A stretch of 35,447 nt of DNA, taken from NCBI GenBank assembly GCA_021811305.1, contig JAJZPD010000001.1:1-35447 (forward strand), written 5' to 3'. The DNA comes from a bacterium (lineage in GTDB: Bacteria > Patescibacteriota > Minisyncoccia > UBA6257 > Colwellbacteraceae). The notes below the pieces were generated by a model. The model ran no database searches. It worked only from the letters and a program-made list of their open reading frames with translations, and had not been told where the DNA came from. Within the stretch, counting starts at the first letter, position 1. Every line of letters starts with the position of its first letter. The translations under genes were made by a program, and so were the position numbers. Positions 1 through 10,068 of the stretch are shown here, one piece after another.

Positions 1-201
1 AATCTGCCTGCCCAGCAGGTCATTTTTGGAGTAATTGGCGGTCACCCGGGCCGAGGATTTTTTGATGCCCAGCGGGCCGAAATCGATCGTCAACTTATAG
101 GCCGGTTTGTGCGCTTCCGGGAACTCCTCGACGTTAATCACCCGGCCGACGCGCACGTCGACTTTGGCGAAGTCCTCATACGAAATATACTCTTCTGGCA
201 T
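1..201 (-). CDS. csaA: tRNA-binding OB-fold (CsaA/EMAP-type) protein; 3' end runs off the window
   Basis: My translation of the minus strand from the ATG at 199-201 gives [67 protein letters not shown], with no stop before position 1. It closely resembles the CsaA / tRNA_bind pattern (D.R.G.I...EEFPEA..PA.KL.IDFG). It is missing from the ORF track because it is open at the window edge. Confidence 0.8.
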   Translation of the reverse strand, partial: MPEEYISYEDFAKVDVRVGRVINVEEFPEAHKPAYKLTIDFGPLGIKKSSARVTANYSKNDLLGRQI

Positions 202-225
202 TTATTAAGTTTATAAATTATCGGA

Positions 226-447
226 CTAAATCACTATATCAAAAACCTTCCTTCGCGACGAGAGGCCGGAGACGATTTTTACATGGGAGCGCGCAACACC
301 AAAGTGTTCAGCTATAGCTCTTGCCGCCGCAAAATTCGCTTTTCCCTCAAGAGCCGGTTCCTTAACGCTTATCCTAAAGCTGCCGTCGGCCAACTTCTCG
401 ACACTCTCTTTTTTCGAGTTGGGCTTAACGAGAGCGGTTATTTTCAT
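226..447 (-). CDS. DUF167 (YggU-like) small protein
   Basis: ORF 226..465. MKITALVKPNSKKESVEKL...KANFAAARAIAEHFGVARSHVKIVSGLSSRRKVFDI has the typical DUF167 layout. I prefer the ATG at 445-447 over the upstream GTG at 463-465. Confidence 0.7.
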   Translation of the reverse strand: MKITALVKPNSKKESVEKLADGSFRISVKEPALEGKANFAAARAIAEHFGVARSHVKIVSGLSSRRKVFDIVI

Positions 448-468
448 CGATCGATCCTGTTTCACTCA

Positions 469-735
469 TTATTCCAAAGAAATAATCTGTATTCCTTTTT
501 CCATGATCTGCTCTTGGGGCCAGAAGAGCTTGTTTATTTTAAACTTATCGACGCAAGAGACTTTCCTCTCCACGCTCCTTCCGGTATATTGGCCGATCTT
601 CGGATCCCACTCTTCAAGCAAGAGCGTATCCCCCTCCTTAATTTCGAAGTCATTGAGCCGCAGCTCGAACTTCTTTTTTCCGGAATTCACAGCGTCGAAA
701 TATTCCGGCCAGATCTTCTTTTTAATTACCGCCAT
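469..735 (-). CDS. ASCH-like DUF3850 domain protein
   Basis: ORF 469..828. The motif MAVIKKKIWPEYFDAVNSGKKKFELRLNDFEIKEGDTLLLEEWD matches DUF3850/ASCH. The internal ATG at 733-735 avoids overlap with the secA 3' end; the upstream 31 codons look non-coding. Confidence 0.7.
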   Translation of the reverse strand: MAVIKKKIWPEYFDAVNSGKKKFELRLNDFEIKEGDTLLLEEWDPKIGQYTGRSVERKVSCVDKFKINKLFWPQEQIMEKGIQIISLE

Positions 736-760
736 TATTTTCCCGGCGCTGCCAACACGG

Positions 761-3286
<2,526 letters not shown>

Positions 3287-3288
3287 TT

Positions 3289-3609
3289 TTACTCTTCTTC
3301 TTTTATCTCTTTAAACTTCCGGGCCTCTTCGCGAAGTTTGTTCTTTACCTCGTCGATCGTCGCGCGCATATCTTCGCCGTCGGCCTCCGCTCGTATGTTA
3401 TTTCCCAAGAAGCGAAGATTGGCTTCGGCGTAGAAAACTTCGCCCTTATGATGGTGGTGAGTCGTCCGCGCTACCTCGACTTGCAGGTGGATATCCTCTC
3501 CCTCGGCAAATTTCCCCAAAAACTTATCCGCGTCGCCTAAGCGCATCTCGATATACTCTTTTAGGGACGGCGTCATCTCCAGCTCGTCCGCCCTGATATC
3601 TATGGTCAT
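3289..3609 (-). CDS. hpf: ribosome hibernation promoting factor (short HPF/RaiA type)
   Basis: ORF 3289..3672. From the ATG at 3607-3609: MTIDIRADELEMTPSLKEYIEMRLGDADKFL...DMRATIDEVKNKLREEARKFKE, the sigma-54 modulation / S30EA family pattern. The stop lies 2 nt before the secA ATG. Confidence 0.85.
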   Translation of the reverse strand: MTIDIRADELEMTPSLKEYIEMRLGDADKFLGKFAEGEDIHLQVEVARTTHHHHKGEVFYAEANLRFLGNNIRAEADGEDMRATIDEVKNKLREEARKFKEIKEEE

Positions 3610-3677
3610 ATGCCGCCATATTACCTCTTTTGGAGGTAAAAAACAACCAAAAAGAGCGGGTTTTCCACGCAAAAAAA

Positions 3678-3703
3678 CACCCCCATCCGGACGGACGGGG
3701 GTG
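3678..3703 (-). terminator. intrinsic terminator (7-bp GC stem plus T7)
   Basis: The minus strand reads CACCCCC-gtccgtccggat-GGGGGTG followed by TTTTTTT (plus-strand A-run at 3671-3677). Confidence 0.75.
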
Positions 3704-3716
3704 TTGGAGCTAGAAG

Positions 3717-3767
3717 CTATTTCTTCTTCTTCTTAGCAGCGGCCTTCGCCTTCTTCTTAGCAGCCAT
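3717..3767 (-). CDS. 16-codon lysine/alanine micro-ORF (MAAKKKAKAAAKKKKK); speculative
   Basis: ATG at 3765-3767, TAG at 3717-3719, and the terminator hairpin begins 13 nt after the stop. No SD. Too short for homology-based support. Confidence 0.15.
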   Translation of the reverse strand: MAAKKKAKAAAKKKKK

Positions 3768-3877
3768 TTGTTTTTTATTTTTTTTGCAGCCAACGTACGA
3801 TTGCCGACTATCAACCACATTGACCTTTTTAACCAATTTACTGATTTAATTTTAGAACAATTAATTTTTTTAAAAAC

Positions 3878-3886
3878 TGTGGATAA
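3878..3886 (+). promoter_or_regulatory. isolated TGTGGATAA box (DnaA-box consensus; same 12-mer as in the mraZ leader)
   Basis: CTGTGGATAACT at 3877-3888 is the exact reverse complement of AGTTATCCACAG at 14674-14685. Confidence 0.35.
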
Positions 3887-3942
3887 CTGTCACAAGCACG
3901 CAGCGATAAATAGGCCTCGATAATATATCGCCTGCCGACGTC

Positions 3943-4893
3943 TTACCGATGGAGATTCAGCACCTCTTCCTCCAGTTCTACGCCGAAGCGCTCGCGCACC
4001 GAAGCCTTCACAACTCCAATCAAGCCAGTGACGTCGGCGGAAGTAGCGTCTAAGACATTCACGATGAAGTTGGGATGCTTCGGAGAAACCATCGCGCCTC
4101 CCAGCGACAAGCCCCGCAACCCGGCTTCGGAGATCAGCCTGGCGGTCGGGATGACCGGAAAGGGATCTGTTTTGATGTTCAACCGGTATCGTTCGATGAT
4201 TTCCGGAGAAAAGTCATCTGCCGGAACGTTTTTAAAAATACTTCCGGCATTCGGATGCTCCAGCGGCTGGCGCTCCTCCCGGTATCTTATTTTCTCCTCC
4301 ATGCCGCGGTATATATCCGCCTTATCCCCCGGGTTTAACTCGAAAACCGCTTCCAGAATCATCTCCTCGCCGCGGCGGCGGCGAAAAATACTATTGCGAT
4401 AAGAGAACTCGCACTCCTCCGCGCTCCTTCGGTGCGTGACGAACGTCTGTAAATCAACGCTCAAAACCTCGCGCAGCGAGTCTTTAGTCTCTCCGCCGAA
4501 AGCGCCGGCATTGCCGAAAACCGCCCCGCCGACCGTTCCCGGAAGGCCGCCGGCCCACTCCAAGCCGTTCAATTCTCCCTCGGCCGCAAAACGCAAAAGA
4601 TTTTCCATGCTAACCCCGGCGCCGGCCCGCACCAGATTGCCATCGCGTTCCAGAACCGCGATTTCCGGCTTAACAACCAAGCCGCGGAATCCGCGGTCGC
4701 TCCAAAGAATGTTCGTCCCGCCGCCCAGAATAAAAATATCTCCTTTCCTACTCCACCAGCGCTCGCTCCGCCTCCATTCTTTCAGCCCTTCGGCCAGTTC
4801 CGAAGCACTGGATGCTGCCAAAAAATTATCGGCGGATCCGCCGATCTTGAAATTGCTCAACTTTTTCAGTTCTACGCCGTGGCGTATTTCCAT
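3943..4893 (-). CDS. murB: UDP-N-acetylenolpyruvoylglucosamine reductase
   Basis: ORF 3943..4935 with an FAD-binding PCMH-type N-terminus (LSNFKIGGSADNF, ILGGGTNIL) and the MurB C-terminal domain (NAGSIFKNV, GGAMVSPKHPNFIVN). Start set at MEIRHG (ATG 4891-4893). Confidence 0.93.
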   Translation of the reverse strand: MEIRHGVELKKLSNFKIGGSADNFLAASSASELAEGLKEWRRSERWWSRKGDIFILGGGTNILWSDRGFRGLVVKPEIAVLERDGNLVRAGAGVSMENLLRFAAEGELNGLEWAGGLPGTVGGAVFGNAGAFGGETKDSLREVLSVDLQTFVTHRRSAEECEFSYRNSIFRRRRGEEMILEAVFELNPGDKADIYRGMEEKIRYREERQPLEHPNAGSIFKNVPADDFSPEIIERYRLNIKTDPFPVIPTARLISEAGLRGLSLGGAMVSPKHPNFIVNVLDATSADVTGLIGVVKASVRERFGVELEEEVLNLHR

Positions 4894-4977
4894 TAAAACA
4901 GAAGAATAGAAGTGGACGGCAGGGGTGACCTCCAAAGTTAAAATGAGTGAGTGCTCTCACTGCCGTCCGAAATAAGT

Positions 4978-5100
4978 ATAAAACGCAAAACGAAAAGCGC
5001 AAAGAAGCGCAAAACGAAAAGCGAAAAGCGAAAAACACCGATTAGCCGTTCGTTGCGGTTCTTTTAAATTTTGCGCTTTTAGTTTTACGCTTTTTTTGCG
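4978..5100. repeat. palindromic GCGCAAAA/AAAGCG intergenic element, locus A
   Basis: The A-rich arm aaacgcaaaacgaaaagcgcaaagaagcgcaaaacgaaaagcgaaaagcgaaaaa is followed by the core ccgattagccgttcgttgcgg and the T-rich arm ttttaaattttgcgcttttagttttacgcttttttt. Confidence 0.85.
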
Positions 5101-5107
5101 GCTGGGA

Positions 5108-5806
5108 TTAGTTTATTCTTTCGCTCAGCGGCAGGCTAACATACTTTTCCGCCCCAAGCAGGTCTTCCGGGTAGCCGATCGGATGCCAAAACCTGGCTTT
5201 TACCGTCCTAATCGCCTCTATCTTTGCCCAGGCGCCGATCTGAGCGGCTAAATTAGCCTCTCCATTCGGCAGAAAGAACTGGGGCACGGAAAATATCCCT
5301 TCGTTCAGGGTGTAAACGCCTATATTAACGAGGTTGCTGGGAGGGTTCTCCGTTTTCTCCAAGATATCCAGAAGAATGCCTTCTTCATTCACCAGGCAGA
5401 CCCCGAACTTTTCCGGATGCTCGGTCTCTTTGACCAAGACGACCGGAGAATCGGAAACGCATTCCCGCAGATCATCGGGGTGGTAAAGGTCGTCGGCATA
5501 CAGAAGCATAAAACTTTCTTTATTCAAGAATCTTCTAGCTCGGTACAACGCGTCGCTCGTGCCTTTCGGCTCCGGCTGGTAAGCATACCGTATCCGCCGC
5601 TCCTTAAACGAGGATTGGAATTTTTCCCTTATCCTTTCATGGAGGTACCCCACGACCAGCACCACCTCGTCTATTTCCGGCGGCAATATTTCCAGCGTGT
5701 ATTCCAATATCGGTTTCCCTCCCACCTCGACCATCGGTTTGGGGCGGTCGGAAGTTAGCGGTCTAAGACGGCGGCCCTCTCCGGCCGCCAAAATCACTGC
5801 TTGCAT
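5108..5806 (-). CDS. sugar-1-phosphate nucleotidylyltransferase (NTP_transferase fold)
   Basis: 232 aa. MQAVILAAGEGRRLRPLTSDRPKPMVEVGGKPILEY is the canonical G-x-G-x-R-L nucleotidyltransferase N-terminus. Sugar specificity cannot be determined from the sequence. Confidence 0.85.
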   Translation of the reverse strand: MQAVILAAGEGRRLRPLTSDRPKPMVEVGGKPILEYTLEILPPEIDEVVLVVGYLHERIREKFQSSFKERRIRYAYQPEPKGTSDALYRARRFLNKESFMLLYADDLYHPDDLRECVSDSPVVLVKETEHPEKFGVCLVNEEGILLDILEKTENPPSNLVNIGVYTLNEGIFSVPQFFLPNGEANLAAQIGAWAKIEAIRTVKARFWHPIGYPEDLLGAEKYVSLPLSERIN

Positions 5807-5815
5807 TCTTTTTTA

Positions 5816-5843
5816 ATTATAAAGCCGGGAGGGGTATTGACAA
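5816..5843 (-). promoter_or_regulatory. promoter of the nucleotidyltransferase gene (TTGTCA-16-TATAAT), 9 nt from the ATG
   Basis: -10 TATAAT at 5816-5821 and -35 TTGTCA at 5838-5843 (minus strand). ATG at 5804-5806. No SD. Confidence 0.6.
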
Positions 5844-5865
5844 TCTCCGCCTGTTAATAAATTAT
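5837..5865 (+). promoter_or_regulatory. divergent plus-strand promoter (TTGACA-17-AATTAT) feeding the ncRNA candidate
   Basis: TTGACA at 5837-5842 overlaps the minus-strand -35. AATTAT lies at 5860-5865. Confidence 0.5.
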
Positions 5866-5871
5866 TATCCT

Positions 5872-6227
5872 CATCTAGCAAAGCGCTAGAAATTTGCACT
5901 GTTGGAGGCCTGAATATTGAGTGTGGATCCTAGAAGCTTCGGGACGCGGCAAATCGCTGCCACGGAAGACTCTGACGATTTCCGATCCGTCATCCAGCCA
6001 AGACTCGCTGCTCGCAGCGGCGCGGACCCTGGATCGGTGGAGGGAACACCAGGGATATCAACACCAGTCGGTCCGGATGGTGTGGGTCGAACCGACCAGA
6101 ACGCTGCCGCCAAAAGGCAGCCTGAGCGGTGCATAAAGCGCCGACCCAACCATAATTGTTATCGCACCTGATACACGCTGTTCCTTGTTTCGCGCTCCCC
6201 ATCCACTCGGATGCGGGAGCTTTCTTT
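5872..6227 (+). ncRNA. unclassified structured RNA candidate (about 355 nt)
   Basis: A GC-rich block with no credible ORF in any frame. It is bounded by the plus-strand promoter and by a strong plus-strand terminator. It holds many local helices: GAAGCTTC, TGACG/CGTCA, CGCTGC/GCAGCG, CCCTGG/CCAGGG, CACCA/TGGTG, GGTCG/CGACC, GCTGCC/GGCAGC. Confidence 0.4.
6194..6227 (+). terminator. intrinsic terminator, plus strand only
   Basis: GCTCCCCATCC-actc-GGATGCGGGAGC forms 11 bp with a 1-nt bulge, followed by TTTCTTT. The minus-strand reading has no T-tract. Confidence 0.7.
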
Positions 6228-6316
6228 AAAGTGCAAAACTAAAAACTAAAAGCGAAAAACAACGACAGGTCGTCAAGTCGTCAATTCTTTTGCGCTTTGC
6301 GCTTTTAGTTTTGCGC
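6228..6316. repeat. palindromic GCGCAAAA/AAAGCG element, locus B
   Basis: A-arm aaagtgcaaaactaaaaactaaaagcgaaaaa, core caacgacaggtcgtcaagtcgtcaa, T-arm ttcttttgcgctttgcgcttttagttttgcgc. The last 12 nt encode the MurC C-terminus and its stop. Confidence 0.85.
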
Positions 6317-7621
6317 TATTATCGCCTCTCCCACTTTATAGACGTCTCCGGCGCCGATGGTGAGAATCATATCCTGCGGACCAGTCTCTTTTAAGAGAAC
6401 TTTTTCCACCTCCTCGAACGAACCAACGGCTTTGGCGGACACTCCTCTCTTACTTATCGCCGCCGCGAGCTTTCTCGAGCTTATCGATTTATCTTCTTTT
6501 TCCCGTGCGGCATAGATCGGCAGGATTAGGACGCGATCGGCGAGATCGAAACTTTTAACGAAATCCTCAAAAAGCAGCCTGGTCCGGCTGTAGAGGTGTG
6601 GATGAAAGACCGCCGTCAATTTCCGCGGACCATTCTTCCTCTCTTTTATAAGCTCCCTGGCGGCGAGAAGAGTAGCTTTAATCTCGGTCGGATGATGACC
6701 GTAATCGTCATAGACCGCCGCGCCGTTTCTGGCTACGCCCTTGTATTCGAATCTTCTCCAAGTTCCGGAAAAGGATGAAAGCGATTTCAAGGCTGTCCGC
6801 TTGCCGATGCCGGCTATCTTCGCCACCGCAAGCGCCGCCTTGGCGTTTTCCAGATTGTGCTTTCCCGGTACCAGCAGTTTCAAACCGGCAAGATTTTCTT
6901 TTTCGTAATCGACAACTCGGCATGCGGCTTTTCTTACGACCGGCTTTATTTTCGGATTATTTGCATCAGTGACCAGATAGTCGTTTTTCCCAAGTTTGGA
7001 AACGAACTCGCTGAACGCCTTTTGGATATCCTTCAAATCCTTGTAATAGTCCAGATGATCGTTGTCGATGTTGGTGATGACGATTATTTTCGGCTCCAGG
7101 TTAAGGAAGGAGCGGCGATATTCGCAAGCTTCAGCGATGAAATATTTTCCGCGCCCGGCGATTAGATTGCTCTTTGCATCCTTTAAAAGGCTGCCGACAA
7201 CGACCGTCGGATCCTTTTTGGCATCCCCGAAGATCTTGCCGATCATCGCCGTAGTGGTAGTCTTGCCGTGCGTGCCGGAAACGGCAATAGTAAAGCGCTT
7301 CTTCGAAACAGCGCCCAAGGCCTGCGGATAAGTGAGGAGAGGAATCCCCAGCTCTCTAGCCCTCTTTAACTCCGGATTGTCCTCGGGAATAGCAATGGTA
7401 TAAACGACCAAGTCGGCGTCGGATGGGACCTGGGATGCCTTCTGGCCGATATGGATTTTCGCTCCGATCTTTTTCAACTCCTCGGTTATAGGCGAGGACG
7501 CGCGGTCCGAGCCGCTGACCTCTACCCCGTTTTTCAGCATCATCCGTGCGATGGCCGAGATCCCGATGCCGCCGATTCCGATGAAATGCGCCTTCTTTAT
7601 CTTCTTGAAATCAATCTCCAT
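6305..7621 (-). CDS. murC: UDP-N-acetylmuramate--L-alanine ligase
   Basis: 438 aa. HFIGIGGIGISAIARMM (MurC Rossmann N-terminus), VSGTHGKTTTTAM (P-loop), and a Mur ligase middle and C-terminal domain (DDYGHHPTEI). Confidence 0.95.
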   Translation of the reverse strand: MEIDFKKIKKAHFIGIGGIGISAIARMMLKNGVEVSGSDRASSPITEELKKIGAKIHIGQKASQVPSDADLVVYTIAIPEDNPELKRARELGIPLLTYPQALGAVSKKRFTIAVSGTHGKTTTTAMIGKIFGDAKKDPTVVVGSLLKDAKSNLIAGRGKYFIAEACEYRRSFLNLEPKIIVITNIDNDHLDYYKDLKDIQKAFSEFVSKLGKNDYLVTDANNPKIKPVVRKAACRVVDYEKENLAGLKLLVPGKHNLENAKAALAVAKIAGIGKRTALKSLSSFSGTWRRFEYKGVARNGAAVYDDYGHHPTEIKATLLAARELIKERKNGPRKLTAVFHPHLYSRTRLLFEDFVKSFDLADRVLILPIYAAREKEDKSISSRKLAAAISKRGVSAKAVGSFEEVEKVLLKETGPQDMILTIGAGDVYKVGEAIIAQN

Positions 7622-9029
7622 TTTTCTTGATATTCTTCCTTAATATTTTTCCGACTTCTTTATTGAACTGGCTGCCGCGATCGTACTCGTTCTTAAACAT
7701 GCCGAAACTGGCCGCCCCAGGCGAGAGAAGAACCAAGTCCCCTCTTTTCGCGATCCTTGCCGCTTCCGCCACGGCTTCCTTCATGGAAGCAACCTCCGCG
7801 AAAGGAGCGTTCCTTTTTTTCAACTCCCTCTTTATTTTATCGGTAGCCGATCCGCGGAGAAGAATCGTTTCCTTCGCGCATTTTTTTACCAGCGCAGCCA
7901 TCTTCGAAAACTCCAGGCGCTTGTCGTATCCTCCGGCCAAAAGTATTATCCGTCCGCTTTTGTCGGAAAAGGCGCTTAAGGCCGCAATTGCCGCATCCGG
8001 CGTGGTTGCGGTCGTGTCATTGTAAAATTCAACGCCGTCACTCTTACCAAGGAATTCCAGTCGGCCGGAGAGACCAGTAAACTGCCGCAGCGCCTTCCTC
8101 ACAGCCCCGGTCGGCAGTCCATAAGCTTTGGCGGCGGCCACTGCCGCCAAAGCGTTCTCCAAGTTAGACTCCCCCTTTATCCGCAGAGCGCTAGCCGGAG
8201 TAATAAGTTCGCGCTTTCCTCTGAACTGAAAATACAACTTCCCTTCTTTCAGGTATGCGCCGTCCAGCTTTCCAATCGGCCGCAGCGAAAACCAAATTAA
8301 GCGGGCGGGCGCCTTTTCTACCCTCTTCCGCACCTCGGCATTGCCGCGGTTCGCCACTAAGAAGTCGCCGGCATTTTGGAAAAGGAATATATTTTCCTTG
8401 TCCCGATAGTAAGCCTCCAAGCCGGGATATTTATCCTGGTGATCAACCAGCAGGTTGGTTAAAACCGCGATCTGCGGACTTTTTTTCGCCGTTCTGAAGC
8501 CACGCAGCAGCCAGCTGGAAAGCTCGGCGACAACCACGTCCTCCTTCTTCAGCTTGCCAAGATATTTTAAAGGCGAAACGCCGATATTGCCGCAAAGAAC
8601 CGCGTTTTTCCCGGCAGCGCGAAAGATCTCGCTAATCAAGGCCGAAGTAGTGCTCTTACCCCTGGTGCCAGTAATGCCGATAAGGAAATTGTTCTCATTT
8701 TCCAAAAAAATATTCCAGTCGTTGATAATCGGAATTCTCCTCTTCCGCGCCTCAGTCAGATAAGAAGAGGTGTCTGGCACGCTGGGATTCTGAAAGACGA
8801 CGTCAGCGGATCGAAAATCGCTAAACCTGTGCCGCCCCAAGACCAGCTTCACATTCCTGCGTCCCTTCAGGCGCTTCAGTTGCGCTTTAAGCTCGGCAGC
8901 CGGTTTCAGATCGGTAACTAAAACCTCTCGCGCTCCGGCTTTGGAAAAGTAAAGCGCGGCCATGATGCCGCTGCCGTCACGGTACCCTCCCAAACCCATG
9001 ATTACGATTTTCTTACCTCGATAGTCCAT
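7611..9029 (-). CDS. murD: UDP-N-acetylmuramoylalanine--D-glutamate ligase
   Basis: 472 aa. N-terminal KIVIMGLGG, P-loop ITGTRGKSTTSAL, C-terminal domain ILLAGGYDK...LLSPGAASFGMFKNEYDRG. Overlaps the murC start by 11 nt. Confidence 0.92.
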   Translation of the reverse strand: MDYRGKKIVIMGLGGYRDGSGIMAALYFSKAGAREVLVTDLKPAAELKAQLKRLKGRRNVKLVLGRHRFSDFRSADVVFQNPSVPDTSSYLTEARKRRIPIINDWNIFLENENNFLIGITGTRGKSTTSALISEIFRAAGKNAVLCGNIGVSPLKYLGKLKKEDVVVAELSSWLLRGFRTAKKSPQIAVLTNLLVDHQDKYPGLEAYYRDKENIFLFQNAGDFLVANRGNAEVRKRVEKAPARLIWFSLRPIGKLDGAYLKEGKLYFQFRGKRELITPASALRIKGESNLENALAAVAAAKAYGLPTGAVRKALRQFTGLSGRLEFLGKSDGVEFYNDTTATTPDAAIAALSAFSDKSGRIILLAGGYDKRLEFSKMAALVKKCAKETILLRGSATDKIKRELKKRNAPFAEVASMKEAVAEAARIAKRGDLVLLSPGAASFGMFKNEYDRGSQFNKEVGKILRKNIKKNGD

Positions 9030-9064
9030 GTAATTCTTACGATACTCCCGAGGAGAAAAAACTC

Positions 9065-9236
9065 AAAGAGCGAAAAAGCGCAGAGATAAAAGCGCAAAAC
9101 TAAAAGCTAAAAGCGAAAAATATCGACTAGGGACTAGGGGTTAGGGGTTAGGGACTGCGAATGATGGATGGCGGACTAAACCCCAGTCCCCAGTCCCTAA
9201 TCCCTACTTTAACTTTTGCGCTTTTAGTTTTGCGCT
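9065..9236. repeat. palindromic GCGCAAAA/AAAGCG element, locus C, carrying a nested G-tract palindrome
   Basis: Outer arms are 9065-9120 (A-rich) and 9211-9236 (ttttgcgcttttagttttgcgc). The inner arms are tagggactaggggttaggggttagggact and agtccccagtccctaatcccta. Confidence 0.85.
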
Positions 9237-9237
9237 C

Positions 9238-9546
9238 TTAAGCCGATATCTTCTCGATCTGCACTTCGGTGAAGTGCTGGCGGTGGGTATTTTTGGTCCG
9301 CTTCCTAGTCTTGGAGTGATAATGGAAAACCACCTCTTTGCGCGTTCGTCCTTGGCGCAGAATGACCGCCTCGGCCTTCGCTTTTAAATAAGGCATCCCG
9401 ATCTTTACCTCTCCGCCGTCGGAGAAAAGAAGCACCTTGTCAAAAGATACCTTGTCGCCGGCCGCTCCAGCCAGCTTCTCCACCTTAATCTTTGTTCCGG
9501 GCTCGGCTTTATACTGCTTTCCGCCCGTCTCAATAATCGCGAACAT
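9238..9546 (-). CDS. rplU: 50S ribosomal protein L21
   Basis: ORF 9238..9588. From the ATG at 9544-9546: MFAIIETGGKQYKAEPGTKIKVEKL...VVFHYHSKTRKRTKNTHRQHFTEVQIEKI. Confidence 0.95.
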   Translation of the reverse strand: MFAIIETGGKQYKAEPGTKIKVEKLAGAAGDKVSFDKVLLFSDGGEVKIGMPYLKAKAEAVILRQGRTRKEVVFHYHSKTRKRTKNTHRQHFTEVQIEKISA

Positions 9547-9589
9547 AACAAGGACAGTATAGCGGCTCGCCCGCTTGCCGTCAATCAAG

Positions 9590-9919
9590 CTAATTGAGCC
9601 GCACGAGCATTATGGAAAAAGCCAGAAAGAAGACTGACGAGGCTAAGGCGCCGGCGATCAGAAGATAAGAGAGGAACCTGGCCGAACGGTAGAGAGTGGA
9701 CGCCAAAAACCAGCCGCCGGCGACGATCGCTAGGCCGGTGATGAAAATAAAAGACAAGGATTCCCAGCCGCCGGCCACCGCCAAACCGCTTAGAGTGTCA
9801 TACCTTATAACGAAAGGTCCGCTTTGGTCGCGCAAGGCGGATAACGGCCAACCGATAGCGATAAAAGTCAAAAGCAGGCTAAGAGCCGCCGCACCGACCA
9901 ATTTTCTGTCATGCCACAT
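9590..9919 (-). CDS. hypothetical membrane protein (3-4 predicted TM helices)
   Basis: ORF 9590..9979, trimmed to the ATG at 9917-9919 (MWHDRKLVGAAALSLLLTFIAIGW...) because the upstream part overlaps tRNA-Glu. Hydrophobic throughout, with no recognised family. Confidence 0.55.
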   Translation of the reverse strand: MWHDRKLVGAAALSLLLTFIAIGWPLSALRDQSGPFVIRYDTLSGLAVAGGWESLSFIFITGLAIVAGGWFLASTLYRSARFLSYLLIAGALASSVFFLAFSIMLVRLN

Positions 9920-9936
9920 TTTTTTATTTAATAGTA

Positions 9937-10011
9937 CCGTTACCGGGATTCGAACCCGGGTTCCATGGCTGAGAACCATGTGTCCTAGACCAGGCTAGAC
10001 GATAACGGCTG
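9937..10011 (-). tRNA. tRNA-Glu (CTC)
   Basis: Hand-folded cloverleaf from gccgtta tc gtct agcctggtcta ggac a catgg ttCTCag ccatg gaac ccggg ttcgaat cccgg taacggt a. Glu-type D arm; G1-U72 wobble. Confidence 0.85.
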
Positions 10012-10021
10012 AAGCTCCCGC

Positions 10022-10030
10022 ATTATACCA
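10022..10030 (-). promoter_or_regulatory. extended -10 (TGgTATAAT) 10 nt upstream of tRNA-Glu
   Basis: The minus strand reads ctgGTATAATgcgggagcttca immediately before the tRNA 5' end. Confidence 0.5.
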
Positions 10031-10068
10031 GATGAATTAAAAAACGCCAGAGTTTCTGTTCAGTTTAT

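Noticed and set aside
4826-5038. A 70-aa minus-strand ORF (MFFAFRFSFCASLRFSFC...).
   Set aside because: Its N-terminal portion, roughly the first 20 codons (MFFAFRFSFCASLRFSFC), is a translation of the A-arm of repeat locus A. The remainder overlaps the murB start region.
5886-6202. ORFs of 70-87 aa on both strands inside the 5872-6227 block.
   Set aside because: The frames overlap one another. They are Arg/Pro/Gly/Ser-rich with no hydrophobic core and lack SDs or sensible starts. The block has RNA-gene boundaries (promoter plus terminator) instead.
5872-6227. Assigning the ncRNA candidate to tmRNA, RNase P RNA, SRP RNA or a cobalamin riboswitch.
   Set aside because: I could not find the diagnostic elements on either strand. 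There is no tRNA-like acceptor/T-arm with a G3-U70 pair. The RNase P P4 strands GAGGAAAGUCC and ACAGAA-CCGG are absent. The SRP motif GGAAGCAGC with a GNRA loop is absent. The elements resembling the cobalamin riboswitch core motifs, GGTG..TCC..GCCGCTG, are only a loose match and in an implausible gene context. A covariance-model search is needed before naming it.
9590-9979. The full-length 129-aa version of the membrane-protein ORF.
   Set aside because: The first 20 codons overlap the tRNA-Glu gene (9937-10011). The internal ATG at 9917-9919 gives a clean non-overlapping gene.
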